A stretch of 64,000 nucleotides of DNA from Macrostomum lignano. Taxonomy: Eukaryota. The stretch is taken from NCBI GenBank assembly GCA_002269645.1, contig NIVC01002201.1, positions 1 to 64,000 of the forward strand. Direction: 5' to 3'. Below, in pieces: positions 1 through 13,500 of this stretch. The position numbers were made by a program, and so were the translations under genes. Within the stretch, counting starts at the first letter, position 1. Every line of letters begins with the position of its first letter. The notes beneath the pieces were generated by a model, which made no database searches, was not told where the DNA came from, and saw nothing but the letters and a program-made list of their open reading frames with translations.

Positions 1-430
1 TCTCGGTGCGCGAGCGAACATTGTTTCGGTGCTTGTTTCGTATTCCGGCAGACTTCAAGCGTTAGCCAGCGCTATCTTTAATCTGAGTGAACTGCATCAA
101 GCCAGGATTCACAATAGACATTACTTCCGGGCCTTCCAGGGTTGCTGTTTTTCGGAGAAGCTTGTTTTAAACAAATAACAATGATTTGTGATGATCGATA
201 TCTATTTAGCTAGCCTTTATAAGGCAAGCCAAACCAACTATTGGCGCGAATATATTTATTTTAGTAGCAACTCCCTAATTTTTAGCTCGGAGCCTTAATA
301 GCCGCAGGCCAGTCACAGACTTGGGCAAAGACCAGAAAAAAGAAGTGTGGAAGCTATACTAGCGCAATTCAGCTGGGCCGCACAATTCGCTTCCTTATCA
401 TGCGCCTCGAAAATCGGCTGAGCAAGTGCG
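1..430 (-). promoter_or_regulatory. Possible promoter and start of a minus-strand gene running off the left edge
   Basis: ATG at 21-19 in AAACAATG context opens MFARAPR to the window edge. An ETS-type CCGGAAGT lies at 123-130 on the minus strand. Too little sequence to confirm. Confidence 0.2.
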
Positions 431-1264
431 CTAGTGATTATAATATAGGCCAAGAAGGATCCTTCGTTTGCACTGAATTGCTTATCCTTGTCCGAACTGC
501 GCTCTAGGGCCTAGTCTTAGCCGAATCAAGGGGAAAAGGATTAAGAGGGAGTATGCCGGCTGGACCGTCGAAGGTTTGTTGGCGGGAAGGGCAGAAGACG
601 GTCGGCATCGGCAGGTTCCTCTCTTTATTTGCACACAAACACGCGGAGCCCACCCCCACCCCACGCCCAGTGCAAATCTCGGACTGGCTGTCTAGTGTTG
701 CCCACTGGGCTAGACGGCTCTAGCCAATGGCAGGAGGCCTGGGGGTCTCCTATTCAAATTGAAATAACAAACCAGCGCCAGCCCTAGAGCTTTAAATGCA
801 GATTAAAGAAGCATTAAATAAAATGAAGGATTGATTTTTAAAGCATAGCTTGCCTGACCTGACCGACTGCACTACCCGAGTGATCCAAATTCCATTTTAA
901 TAATTAAAATTTTGAGTCAACTTTTGTGACAATTTTTGTCAGTAGCACAGGCTTTCGCTGCTGTTACGGAGTATTTAACCCTCTACGGCTCTAGCATCTC
1001 TTTCTGAGCGTTAACTCAATTTTTATTTCTATCTTTAATTCATTGAAATGTCTTCCATGTGTGGCTCAATAGCAGTTTGATATGTACTCAAACGTCAACT
1101 GTACTTAGATTTTCGCGATGTACACTCGAGAGAAATATATCCAGGAGGAAAACATAATTCCTCAAGTAACGTCATTGTGTTGACGATATTACATCTTACG
1201 AGCGATGCGGAATGACAGTCAATTACATCCAGCACTTTATGAGCTAGTCAGTTTTCACCACAAA

Positions 1265-2300
1265 TTTCAGGTGCAGGAAATAGGGTAGCTAGTGATTTCA
1301 GGTGCAAGGAAGAGGGTAGCCCAATCATTTCAGGTGCAAGGAATAGGGTAGCCTAAGGACTTCAGATGCAAGGAATGCAAGGGTAGCCTAAGGACTTCAG
1401 GTGCAAGGAAGAGGGTAGCCTAAGGACTTCAGGTGCAAGGAAGAGGGTAGCCTAAGGACTTCAGATGCAAGGAAGAGGGTAGCCTAAGGACTTCAGATGC
1501 AAGGAAGAGGTAGCCTAAGGACTTCAGATGCAAGGAAGAGGGTAGCCTAAGGACTTCAGATGCAAGGAAGAGGGTAGCCTAAGGACTTCAGATGCAAGGA
1601 AGAGGGTAGCCTAAGGACTTCAGATGCAAGGAAGAGGGTAGCCTAAGGACTTCAGGTGCAAGGAAGAGGGTAGCCTAAGGACTTCAGATGCAAGGAAGAG
1701 GGTAGCCTAAGGACTTCAGATGCAAGGAAGAGGGTAGCCTAAGGACTTCAGATGCAAGGAATAGGGTAGCCTAAGGACTTCAGATGCAAGGAAGAGGGTA
1801 GCCTAAGGACTTCAGATGCAAGGAAGAGGGTAGCCTAAGGACTTCAGGTGCAAGGAAGAGGGTAGCCTAAGGACTTCAGATGCAAGGAAGAGGGTAGCCT
1901 AAGGACTTCAGATGCAAGGAAGAGGGTAGCCTAAGGACTTCAGGTGCAAGGAAGAGGGTAGCCTAAGGACTTCAGATGCAAGGAAGAGGGTAGCCTAAGG
2001 ACTTCAGATTCAAGGAAGAGGGTAGCCTAAGGACTTCAGATGCAAGGAAGAGGGTAGCCTAAGTAATTCAGGTGCAAGGAATAGGGTAGACTAAGGAATT
2101 CAGGTGCAAGGAATAGGGTAGTCTAAGGAATTCAGGTGCAAGGAATAGGGTAGACTAAGGAATTCAGGTGCAAGGAATAGGGTAGACTAAGGAATTCAGG
2201 TGCAAGGAATAGGGTAGTCTAAGGAATTCAGGTGCAAGGAATAGGGTAGTCTAAGGAATTCAGGTGCAAGGAATAGGGTCCAATGATTTCAGATGCAAAT
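1265..2300. repeat. 32-bp minisatellite
   Basis: Unit AAGGACTTCAGATGCAAGGAAGAGGGTAGCCT, about 30 copies. Confidence 0.97.
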
Positions 2301-2903
2301 AATTGAGTCGATATTCAGCTAACTGAAATAAAAATGAGATAAACGAAAAACCTGATAAAGTTTACTGCGATGAGAAATTTTACGATGCAGTTTCGTACAA
2401 GTCTGTGAGTGGAGTAGCTGATCTCACTTCTCTAATTTAATTGGTTAAGTCATTTTTACTTGGCATTAAGCTTTGAAATGTATTTTTAGCCCAGCGTGTA
2501 GTAAAAATTTAAGCAGTAAAATTCACAAAATGATAATAATATAATATACAAATATACGAGCCAGATAATTAGCATTAGAAAATAGAATGCACATTAAACT
2601 TTAGATTCACAGAAAGTAAGCTAAAATATATTATATACTCGTATTTCCATTTGGAACACAATAATAATGACAATAATTTGGGACAAGACGCACACCAGTA
2701 TAAGCAGTATTTAGTCAAGGAATGGACCGCGTGCAAATCAGCACAGATTTGTTAAATTAACATTGCGACCGGCACAACTGTATAAGCTTGGACGGGACAG
2801 AGCTCACAAAGAATGAGTTCATAGTTTATTTGTGTTAACGCAAAAATATATTTAAATGTTTATATAATAAAATATCCAACTAAAAGCTAAGATTAAGCTA
2901 CAA

Positions 2904-2909
2904 TTTATT
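2904..2909 (-). promoter_or_regulatory. Candidate polyadenylation signal AATAAA for the CEP350-like gene
   Basis: tttatt on the + strand, about 90 nt downstream of the stop codon. The region is AT-rich, so this may be chance. Confidence 0.35.
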
Positions 2910-2999
2910 GGTAATAATAAACGTGTTTAGGCGGCAGCGACCCGATCAAATATTCGAAACAAAAAATGAAACAATGGAAAACTTCCGGTTGGTCAACTC

Positions 3000-3155
3000 T
3001 CAGGACGCCCGACTATGCAAGTCGCGCAGACAGATGGCCGTGTCTGCCAGCAGCTGGGCGAGCACTTCGTCGGCCACCTTCAGCTTGGCCTCGGTCTCGT
3101 CCACCTCGTAGTCTACCCAGCCCGGCTCTTCTTGGCGAAGCTCTTCAACAAGAAC
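3000..3155 (-). CDS. CEP350: CEP350-like terminal exon (DUF4378-like)
   Basis: Acceptor CAG at 3156-3158, phase 0. Reads VLVEELRQEEPGWVDYEVDETEAKLKVADEVLAQLLADTAICLRDLHSRAS*, with TGA at 3000-3002. Not in the ORF track because it has no start codon. Confidence 0.9.
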   Translation of the reverse strand, partial: VLVEELRQEEPGWVDYEVDETEAKLKVADEVLAQLLADTAICLRDLHSRAS

Positions 3156-6100
3156 CTGGAGGGTGGAGTGGCGAAATAATTTGAGGTATTAGGGATTAAG
3201 CAAGGTCTAATTCAATGCTTCAGTGACTTCCGGTCAGTCTGTGGGTGTTCAACTATAGGCGACAGTCAGTGACTTCCGGTCAGCCTGTGGGTGTTCAACT
3301 ATAGGCGACAGTCAGTGACTTCCGGTCAGCCTGTGGGTGTTCAACTATAGGCGACAGTCAGTGACTTCCGGTCAGTCTGTGGGTGTTCAACTATAGACAA
3401 CAGTCAGTGACTTCCGGTCAGTCTGTGGGTGTTCAACTATAGACAACAGTCAGTGACTTCCGGTCAGTCTGTGGGTGGTCAACTATAGGCTATAGCCAGT
3501 GACATCCGGTCGCTCTCTGTCCCCATTTTTCAAAGATTTCCAATGCTCCAAACACCCGAAACACAAGACCCAAAAAATTACCTGGTCCACTCGATCGCAT
3601 CGTTTCATTGCTGACCAAGCTTGAAGCTTGCCGATGCGCTGGGGAGCTGGCTGAGGGCGCGACGTGTCCGCCGGTGACTCCGCTGTGGACAGCCGGCAAA
3701 CGCCGGGCACGCCGGCCAGCCGCTGACGGACAGCTTCCACCAGCTCGGCCTCATCCGAGGGCGGGCGTCGGCGAAAGCGTGGCCGAAGAAAGTAGCGCGT
3801 CCGCTCCGGCGGCTCCCAGTCGGCAGGACCGACGGCCGCGGTCGGCGAGGCCTCCTCATCAGGCCCAGCGGATGCTGGCTCGACTGTCGGCGCCGGCGGA
3901 AGCGGTGGCGGCGGCAGCTGCAGGACTTCCCGCAGTTCGTCAGTAACCAGCTGGTGAATGCCCACGGCGAAAGCGCGCCCGGCTTTGGCGGCGGCCGCAA
4001 CGACATTGGCGGCAGAAGATCTCCCACCTTCATCGTCCTCCTCTTTGTCTTCGTCCGACTCGACTGACGCAGCGACTGCTGCCGCCGCAGCAACAGCGGA
4101 CGGGTCAAGCGTTGCCATGGCAACTAGGTCTTCAGGCGCCTCGTCGTCTAATTGCTGACCGGAGGACAGGCGGGCCAGCTGGATACGCAGCGAGTGGCCG
4201 GCCAGCTCGGCTACCTCAGCTTCCGAGCTTGGCACAAGCGGCGTCGGAGGTGGCGGCGTCGGGGGCAGCGGCAGAGCCGGCGTTAGCAGACGTGGCAGCG
4301 GTCCCTCGTTGCGATCATCGATGACCAACGATCGCTTTCCAGCTTCGGCAACATCCAGGAGGTCCTCTTCCCACATATCCTCGTCAAGCAGGCCGTGGCT
4401 GCCAACAGCACCTGCTGGTGGACGCGGCGGAATTGGAGGAGCCTGTTGCGGTGTCGGTGCGGTGGTGGCGCATCGATTTTGTCGCCTCAACTGCAGCGCT
4501 TCGTCCAGAGCTCTGCTCAGCAGCTGGTTGGTCAGCTCGTCGCTCAGTTGGTCCGCGCGCAACTCTGAGCGATGCAGCGAGGCCTCCTGAATAGCCGTCT
4601 CCAGCTGCTTATCGCTGGCCTCATCGTCGGCAGGCTCTTTGGCCTCCTTCGATTCCATGAGGTACGGTGGTGGCTTCTCATCGAAGATAAGCTCGTCCTC
4701 TTCGTTTTCATCGTCAAATGGCAGATCCTCGACAATTTCCTCTTCTTCGTCTTTGACTTCGACGTTCGACGGTTCGCGTTTCGCGCTGTCCTGCTCGGAC
4801 GCCGGCTTGTCGCGAGTGGACGGGACCGAGTCGCTGTCGTCGCTGGCCTCGCTGGGTAGGTCAGACATCTCCGATGGGATTGTGCGGGCCGACATTGGCA
4901 CGTCTTCGTCGTCGTCTTCTTCTTCGTCCGCGCCCGCCTGCTCGTTCTGGCCCGGTTTAATCTCCAACGAGGCCGGCTTAGTCGGCGACTTCGGCGGCTG
5001 CTGGGCCGGCCGTTTCTCGTCGTCGCTGTGGAAGCTGTACTCTTCATTAATCTCGGAGAAGTTCACAACGCGAGGAGTACGCGGTGTTCTAGCTGAGGTT
5101 GGTGCATCCTCGTAATCGTCTTTGTAGTCGGCGTCTTCTTCCTCGTCGACTGCGGCTGCTGACGCCGAAGCCTCCTCGGCCTCCTCGTGCCGACGTTGGT
5201 CCGGCTCCGGCTCCGATACGGTGACTTGGCGCGAAGCTGTACGCACGCTGTCGTCTCTCGAGTCCAACACCCGCCTGCGCTGGCTGCTGCCAGAAGAAGT
5301 CGCCGAAGCCGCCGACGGGGAGGCCTCATCGGCTTCGAAATCCTCTGAGTAGGCGCCGGCGCCAGCTGAGTCGCTACTCGGCGGGATGTCCTCCTGAACT
5401 GAGGCGGCGGCGGCGGCGGAGGCGGTGGGTACGACGCGGCGACTGCTGCTGACGGTGGCGGATGAAGACGACTCGGAAGCGGCGGCCTCGATCTCCTCGG
5501 TCATGCTGCTGGCCGAACCTGTCCGGCGGCTTCTGGCCGATGCTCTAGGAGTGGTGGCAGCTGTTGTTGGCAACTGCTCGGACACGGCATCGTCGATCTC
5601 TTCTTCGACGGCTTCAATCACCGAAGCTGTTTGGGTGCGCGGTGACCTCGCCGAAGCTGGAGCCGACGCTGGCGAAGCAGTTGACGATGCTTTGCGAGGC
5701 GAAGCTGCTGAAGTAGCCGTCGATGATTCCGAAGAGGCCGCGGCGGTGCGCCGCGATGCCGCCGAGGCTGCCGACGCTGTTGCCGACTTGGCCGAGCGGC
5801 GGCCGTTCGAAGCCGAGGCCGAAGCCGACGCCGACTCGGACGAAGTCTCGCTAGGTGTCGGCGAACCCTTCGACCGGCGTAAGTCTTTCTCTAAATCGGC
5901 AATGTTTTTATCGTAGGCCTCGATTCGGCGACGCAGTTCCCGTTCCCGCTGACGCAGTTGGTCCTTGGAGACGCGGCTGTGCTCACGTTTCAGTTGTTTG
6001 AGCACATGCTGACGCTCCTGCAACTGGTGACTCAGGGCCTTAATGCGGCTTTCGTATTCGGATACGTCCGTCTCTGCAAAGATGGTAGCCAGATGGTATA

Positions 6101-9100
6101 TCAGATGGTAGCCAGATGGTATATCAGATGGTAGCCAGATGGTATATCAGATGGTAGCCAGATGGTATATCAGATGGTAGCTAGGTTGGAGAATTTTTCT
6201 ATAGATTACCTCAGACTCCAGGACTTCTATATTCTCTCAGATTTCAGGATCTCAATATTCTCCCAGATTTCAGATTGCCACTGCTTTCAGTATTTTCAGA
6301 CTTCCTTGACAGACAACAAACTATTCGCTAAAACTTTTAATAGACAAGCGGATAACCGCCCAGCCTCACCATTAGCAGTAGTCTCATTAACCGTTCTAGG
6401 CGTAGCAGTTGCCGCTTTAGACCGCGCCGCCTCCGAAGCCTCGGTGTCAACTGCAGCGGTGGTGACGCTCTCTGACCGGGCGGATCGGCCGCTGCGGGCC
6501 GTGTCTACAGGGGCAGCCGAAGCGGAACCGGCCGAGCCTTCGAAGCTGTCCGCGTAACTACGCGTCGCTGTCGGCGGCTGCAGCTCAGTGGCGATGGACG
6601 ACGAAGTTGTAGAATTGGACGGCGATGACCGGCCAGGCGCAGCGGCCTGATGGCTGCGGCTGACTAAAGTTGACGCACTGCTGCCGCTGTCCGAGTCATC
6701 GACAGCCTCAGCCGTGACCGAGGCCGCTGCCGGCGCCGGGACTGCCGTCGCAACCGACGGCTTGCTGCGGCTAGTTGATCGATCGGCCGAAGCGGACGCC
6801 GTAGGCGAGGCAGCCGATCGCCAGCTGACTAATTCGCGAGACTCTTTGCGGCGCTGGTGAAGGCGCTGCTCTCTTGGCGTCAGACTGTCCGGGCGGAGCT
6901 TCCGCATTTGCCGGTCCAGCTGGCTGAGGCTGTTTCGGGGGGGGAATGAACAGCAAAATGCTGTAGATGTAGAAACCTTGGAGCCTACCAACTGAACAGG
7001 TGTAAAAATATTCGCAGGCGGGTTGCGGGCACCCTGGCGCAACGCCTTCGGCGACATCATTCCACAACCAGTGATAAGACAATTCTGCCCATTCTGCTGC
7101 CTCCTGAGCACATACAAGTGCGCTAATACTGTACGAAGGCACGCACTCATACACACGCTTTTCGCTCACACAGGGTGTACAGCGGCCTTGACTCTGACAG
7201 ACTTGTACACTCTCTGCGCCTTGGGAGTTAGCCCTCATGGCCTGATTTTTGTGAAAAAGCCCGAAATTAATGTGGATTCCGCACACAGAATCAAACCAGG
7301 AGGGTCCGGTGCGAGAGCAGCTGATCTACTCTGCCCCCAGAATTTTTACAGGTGCACTTACAGGTTGACTATGCCATACCATACACTTGACTTTGCTTTA
7401 CCATACAGTTGACTACGGTAAAGCAAGCAGCCGCGTACTAACGTATAACGATTATAACGATTAACGATTACTGGTTTGTAAATTCCAGCCACTTTTATAC
7501 CATTCTCTAGATGTCTCACCAATCGTCGGGTTTGACAGACTTCGCTACGTATCTAAGGCCCTACCAGGCCTTAGATACGTATCTAAGGCCCTACCCTACT
7601 CAGGCTGCAGTCGCAGTAAACAGTAATCAGGATCACATGGGGATGGGTGGGGTGAAAATGCCACTGCCTACAGCCTATTGATCTGTAGACTCTTCAATAA
7701 GTGTTTATTGGTTAAACAATTTTGTGCATCAACCATTAGATTATTACAGCTGGGCATGATTACAAGTCAGACCCGCCTTGCTTGCACCTGCTCACTAACT
7801 GAAAGAAACTGACTGAAGAAAACTAGAAAGAAGCCTCATTTCTCTTCGCCAAATAAAATCACAGATCAAAGAAACTTAGAAACACAAAAGGAGCGAAGTT
7901 AGAAAAGAAATACAAAGTTAAGCATATAGTTGAGCGAGTAGGTGGGATAGCAGCTGCTGACAGGCGGATAAGTCCCGCCAAAATACGGAAAAATAAAATT
8001 AGAGCAGTGAAAAACAAGAGGAAAACGAATCGGAAAGACAGTTATCAACAGCTGATAAAACTCTGGAAACAGCTTATAGCTGCGCTTCCTGCTAATAGCC
8101 AAGTGCGCGCACTACTAGGAAGATTTGGCAGCTTATGACGGACGGGACTGGCAAAGAAACTTGTGATAGTTTCATTTAGATGTAGCTTTGTATTCTATTG
8201 ATTTTACTGGCTCGGATTCCACTGACTGTGGTGTTCCACTGACTGGGATTCCACTGACTGTGGTGTTCCACTGACTGGGATTCCACTGACTGTGGTGTTC
8301 CACTGACTGTGGTGTTCCACTGACTGTGGTGTTTCACTGACTGTGGTGTTCCACTGACTGGGATTCCACTGACTGTGGTGTTCCACTGACTGTGGTGTTC
8401 CACTGACTGGGATTCCACTGACTGTGGTGTTCCACTGACTGTGGTGTTCCACTGACTGTGGTGTTCCACTGACTGTGGTGTTTCACTGACTGTGGTGTTC
8501 CACTGACTGGGATTCCACTGACTGTGGTGTTCCACTGACTGTGGTGTTCCACTGACTGGGATTCCACTGACTGTGGTGTTCCACTGACTGTGGTGTTCCA
8601 CTGACTAGGATTCCACTGACTGTGGTGTTCCACTGACTGTGGTGTTCCACTGACTGTGGTGTTCCACTGACTGTGGTGTTCCACTGACTGTGGTGTTCCA
8701 CTGACTGGGATTCCACTGACTGTGGTGTTCCACTGACTGTGGTGTTCCACTGACTGTGGTGTTCCACTGACTGGGATTCCACTGACTGTGGTGTTCCACT
8801 GACTGTGGTGTTCCACTGACTGTGGTGTTCCACTGACTGTGGTGTTCCACTGACTGGGATTCCACTGACTGTGGTGTTCCACTGACTGTGGTGTTCCACT
8901 GACTAGGATTCCACTGACTGTGGTGTTCCACTGACTGTGGTGTTCCACTGACTGTGGTGTTCCACCGACTGTGGTGTTCCACTGACTGGGATTCCACTGA
9001 CTGTGGTGTTCCACTGACTGTGGTGTTCCACTGACTGTGGTGTTCCACTGACTGTGGTGTTCCACTGACTGGGATTCCACTGACTGTTGTGTTCCACTGA

Positions 9101-10461
9101 CTGTGGTGTTCCACTGACTAGGATTCCACTGACTGTGGTGTTCCACTGACTGTGGTGTTCCACTGACTTTGGTGTTCCACTGACTGTGGTGTTCCACTGA
9201 CTAGGATTCCACTGACTGTGGTGTTCCACTGACTGTGGTGTTCCACTGACTTTGGTGTTCCACTGACTGTGGTGTTCCACTGACTGTGGTGTTCCACTGA
9301 CTGGTGTTCCACTGACTGGGATTCCACTGACTGGGATTCCACTGATTGGGATTCCACAGCGTTGGCCTCATTCACGCCAAAGTGGTTTTAGCAAGTTATT
9401 AACCAATAACTGATTCTAAACGACGCGTCACCAACCTGGACGAGTCGGCCTCCTCGTCATCATCTTCGTCAGGCTTGCTGTGCAGTAGCTGCTGCTGTTG
9501 TTGTTGTTGCAATCCGTGGAGCCGTCGCAGCGCCCGAACCTGCTGCTTCTCCAGGCGGTACTGCTCCAGCACCAGCCTCTCGTTTGCCGCTATCCGTTCG
9601 CGCGGCCAAACTTCATTCTGATCGACAGAGCTGCCTCCGCCTCCGCTGCCTCCGTTGGCCAGACTGCGCAGAAATCTCAGCGACTTTCTAGCCGTCTCCT
9701 TGGCGCTGCGCTGTCTCAGAGCCAACAGTTTAGCCTGATAGGCTCGCCTGCCGGTCTCGTCCTGCTGGTACATGCGGGCGATGTCCAGCGTCAGCTTCAC
9801 GTAGGATGCGTCCGCGCGGGCCGGAGTGGCAGCCGGAGGGGCGGCGTTGTCAACCGTGTCGCCGCCGGCGGTACGGCGCTGCCGTTTCACAGTTTGCCGG
9901 CGTTGACTCTCCGACGGCAGGACTTCGCGCAGCGATTTATCGTCTTCTAGATCCTCATCTTCGTCGACATCGGTGGCGTCGGCAGCCTGCAGTAGACTCT
10001 GGCTGACTGTCAGCTGAGTGGTGGACGCCGATGAAGTGTCCCGACCAGCAGTGTTAGTCAATGTCAGATCTTCGTCAAGCGCCGCCTGCAGCGATGACGG
10101 CTGCGGCTGTGCAGCTGCGGTGTCAGGCGCCTGTGTGCGGTTTAAAAAATAGCAAAGGTATAAATACTCGTATATTGCTTGTACAAACTAGAGATTTCTC
10201 TTCTATCCATCTATTCAATAGGAAATCTTCCTACCTACCTACCTACTTATCTGTCTATCTGTATACGTAACTTCTATCTATCTATACCTGTCTACGTATC
10301 TATCTATCTATATCCGTCTACGCATCTATCTATCTATACCTGTCTACGTATCTATCTATCTATATCTGTCTACGTATCTATCTATCTATACCTGTCTACG
10401 TATCTATCTATCTATACCTGTCTACGTATCTATCAATCAATCTATATCTGTCTACGTATCT

Positions 10462-10504
<43 letters not shown>

Positions 10505-13500
10505 TGTCTACGTAATCTATCTTCAAGAAGCCTTCAATAAGAAAGCCTATTGAGTCAATCCAGACACAGGTTACTTGGCGAATAGGTCAGCAATGGTGCA
10601 AAAATATCTAAACTGTAAAAAGCAAAATCGCTTGCCTTAGCATCATTTCGCTGCTGCTGTTGCAACTGCTCCGCGGCTCTGTCGGCAACTGGCGCAGGGA
10701 CAGTTGAACTCGGCGCCGCGGTTGCCGCATTGGCGGACGTCCTAGACGGCTTTGGCGTCGATGTAGCAGCAGTCTGAGTGGCGTCCTACAAATGCAACAT
10801 CGGATTGTGCTTGCTTAATATTGACCCAAGTATTCCCTATATTTTGTTTTATTTGCATCTCTGTTACTAATAGTAGCGTCACGCAGTGAGAATATGAAAT
10901 AAAACACGTAGAAACTCTTGTTTTCTATAATTCTTGTTACCTCGCGAAGTACAACCGCCGGTTTGGCTTGGAACTGGGCCAGAATGGCATTTAATCGCAG
11001 ATTGTCGTCGCGAATCTATATATTAGGTAGTTTAATAAAGTTCTAAGGTTAGATAGTGTTAGATTAAGATTTTGTTACGAACTGCAACTATATTTAATGT
11101 TAGAAACGGTGCTGAATGGCATGCATTTCTGTGTGTGTAAACTCCTCAATGTCAATAAAGTTATTGGAGATTTTTACAGATCTGTACTAGCCAAGAATCT
11201 GTCTGTACTAGCCAAGAATCTGTCTGTACTAGCCAAGAATCTGTCTGTACTAGCCAAGAATTTGTCTGTAATAGCCAAGAATCTGTCTGTACTAGCCAAG
11301 AATCTGTCTGTACTAGCCAAGAATCTGTCTGTAATAGCCAAGAATCTGTCTGTAATAGCCAAGAATCTGTCTGTACTAGCCAAGAATCTGTCTGTACTAG
11401 CCAAGAATCTGTCTATACTAGTTAAGAATCAGTTTGCCTTAGGTTTATAATAGGGCACTGACAATGCGCTGACATTTTACTAGTGTTATATTGATATAAA
11501 CCGTACTGTAGGTGCTCCAGGCAAAATATGTTAGAACGTACAGTAGCTGATGTTACAGAGTGCAGCAGTTATTCAATAGTGAACAGCAATATGCAAAAGC
11601 AAGCAGGAAACTAGAACCTTTGCCAGCCGGCTTGCAGTTTCCTCTTCTAGATGGGCATTTCTAGCTTTGGCCTCGGCAACGAGTGCTCGCGCTTCTTCAA
11701 CTTCTTTGTCGCGCGAGTCTTTCGCGGCGGCCGCCTCCTGAGATTGACTGAATCGATTGGCCTTAAGCACCTGGGCTAGCGCAACTGTCTCCTGATTGGA
11801 CTGGGCCACCTGCCTGTGCCGGTCCAGCTCAGTCAGCTGACGATGCGACTCCTCTAGGGAGTCGTAGAACTGCAGTTCCACTTGGAACATGCGCTCCAGG
11901 CTGGCTGGCGACAGGCGGCCATCGTGCGGCTGCGACTGGCGAGGCGGCGATGGGGTGGGTCATTGGCGATTTTGGGGGCTTACGGGCGATTCTTATGTGG
12001 GTTTGGGGGCGATTCCTAATAGGGTTTGGGGGGCGGTTTTTAATGGGGCTGTGGGGTTTGGGTGATTCTTGATGGGGTTCGGGCGATTCTTAAAGGGATT
12101 GGGGACGATTCTTAAAGGGATTAGGGGCGATTCTTAAAGGGATTAGGGGCGATTCTTAAAGGGATTGGGGCGATTCTTAAAGGGATTGGGGGCGATTCTT
12201 AAAGGGATTGGGGGCGATTCTTAAAGGGATTGGGGGCGATTCTTAAAGGGATTGGGGGCGATTCTTAAAGGGATTGGGGACGATTCTTAAAGGGATTGGG
12301 GACGATTCTTAAAGGGATTGGAGACGATTCTTAAAGGGGTTGGGGCGATTTCTAAGAGGGTTTAAGGCGGATTTTTTTATTTAAATTAAAGGGGTTGCGG
12401 CAGATCCTTTTTTTAGTTTGGAGGCGACTCTTAATGGTTATTATCATGAGACGATTCCTTTGGCAAGTTTTGGGGCCATTCTTAGGGGGCTGAGAAGCGA
12501 CTCTTATCGTAGAAAACGAGGTTTCTGGGCGATTTTCCATTTGAGAGACTATTTTTATGGGCAATAGATAATTTTCCCCAAATCAACAAAAACAAGCAGA
12601 TAATGAGGAAACCCACCTGACTCTGATAGCGCCTACTAGCCACAGCAGGCGGCGGCGAAGCCGGCCTCTTTAGCTCATCGCTATTTTTATTCTCTTCTTT
12701 CTCCTCGCTGCCACTGCGACTCCGGCTCCGGCTTCGACTGCGGTGGTCACGCTGCCGCTGACGCTGACGCCGACGAGTATCCCTGTCAGCGGCGGTGTAA
12801 GAGGAATCGGCGCCGATAACTGCTGTCGGAGCAGCCGAGGGCGCTGTCTGAACGTCTCGGTCAACGACTGGCCGCGACGGCGCCACCGCTACGGTAGCCG
12901 CCGCTGATGGCGACAGCCGGAGATCCTCCGGTCGCATGGAGCCGTCCATCATGCCGCCGCCGCCGGCTCCGCCACTACTACGAATATCACGACGTCGAGA
13001 GGTTGACGACGCTGCCGCCATCGGAGGCTGCGGCGAGGTTGTCAAACTGCTGCCGCCGTTCTGTCGCCTAGCATAGGCCTCCCGTTGCCTATTGTAGACG
13101 GCTCGAAATGCAAACGGATCGGCTGATTCGTGCTCCAGGGTGTGCAGCAGGTTGTACCTGGGCGAATCAACAAGGGAAATCAGAGATGCTTAATGACTGG
13201 AAGGGAGGGACGACAATGCCAAGGGAGTGAATCAGAGAAGCAAGAGTGAAAATAGAGGGAATCAGAGACCGAGGGCACTGAATGACAAGGGAGGGAATCA
13301 GAGAGGCACTGAATGACAAGGAAAGGAATCAGAGAGGCATTGAATGACAAGGAAAGGAATCAGAGAGGCACTGAATGACAAGGGAGGGAATCAGAGAGGG
13401 AATCAGAGAGGCACTGAATGACAAGGGAGGGAATCGAAGAGGGAATCAGAGAGGCACTGAATGACAAGGGAGGGAATCAGAGAGGGAATCAGAGAGGCAC

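Noticed and set aside
3605-5916. Antisense and alternative-frame ORFs over CEP350 exons (also over 54832-56201)
   Set aside because: These are expected shadows of GC-rich coding sequence and show no recognisable motifs.
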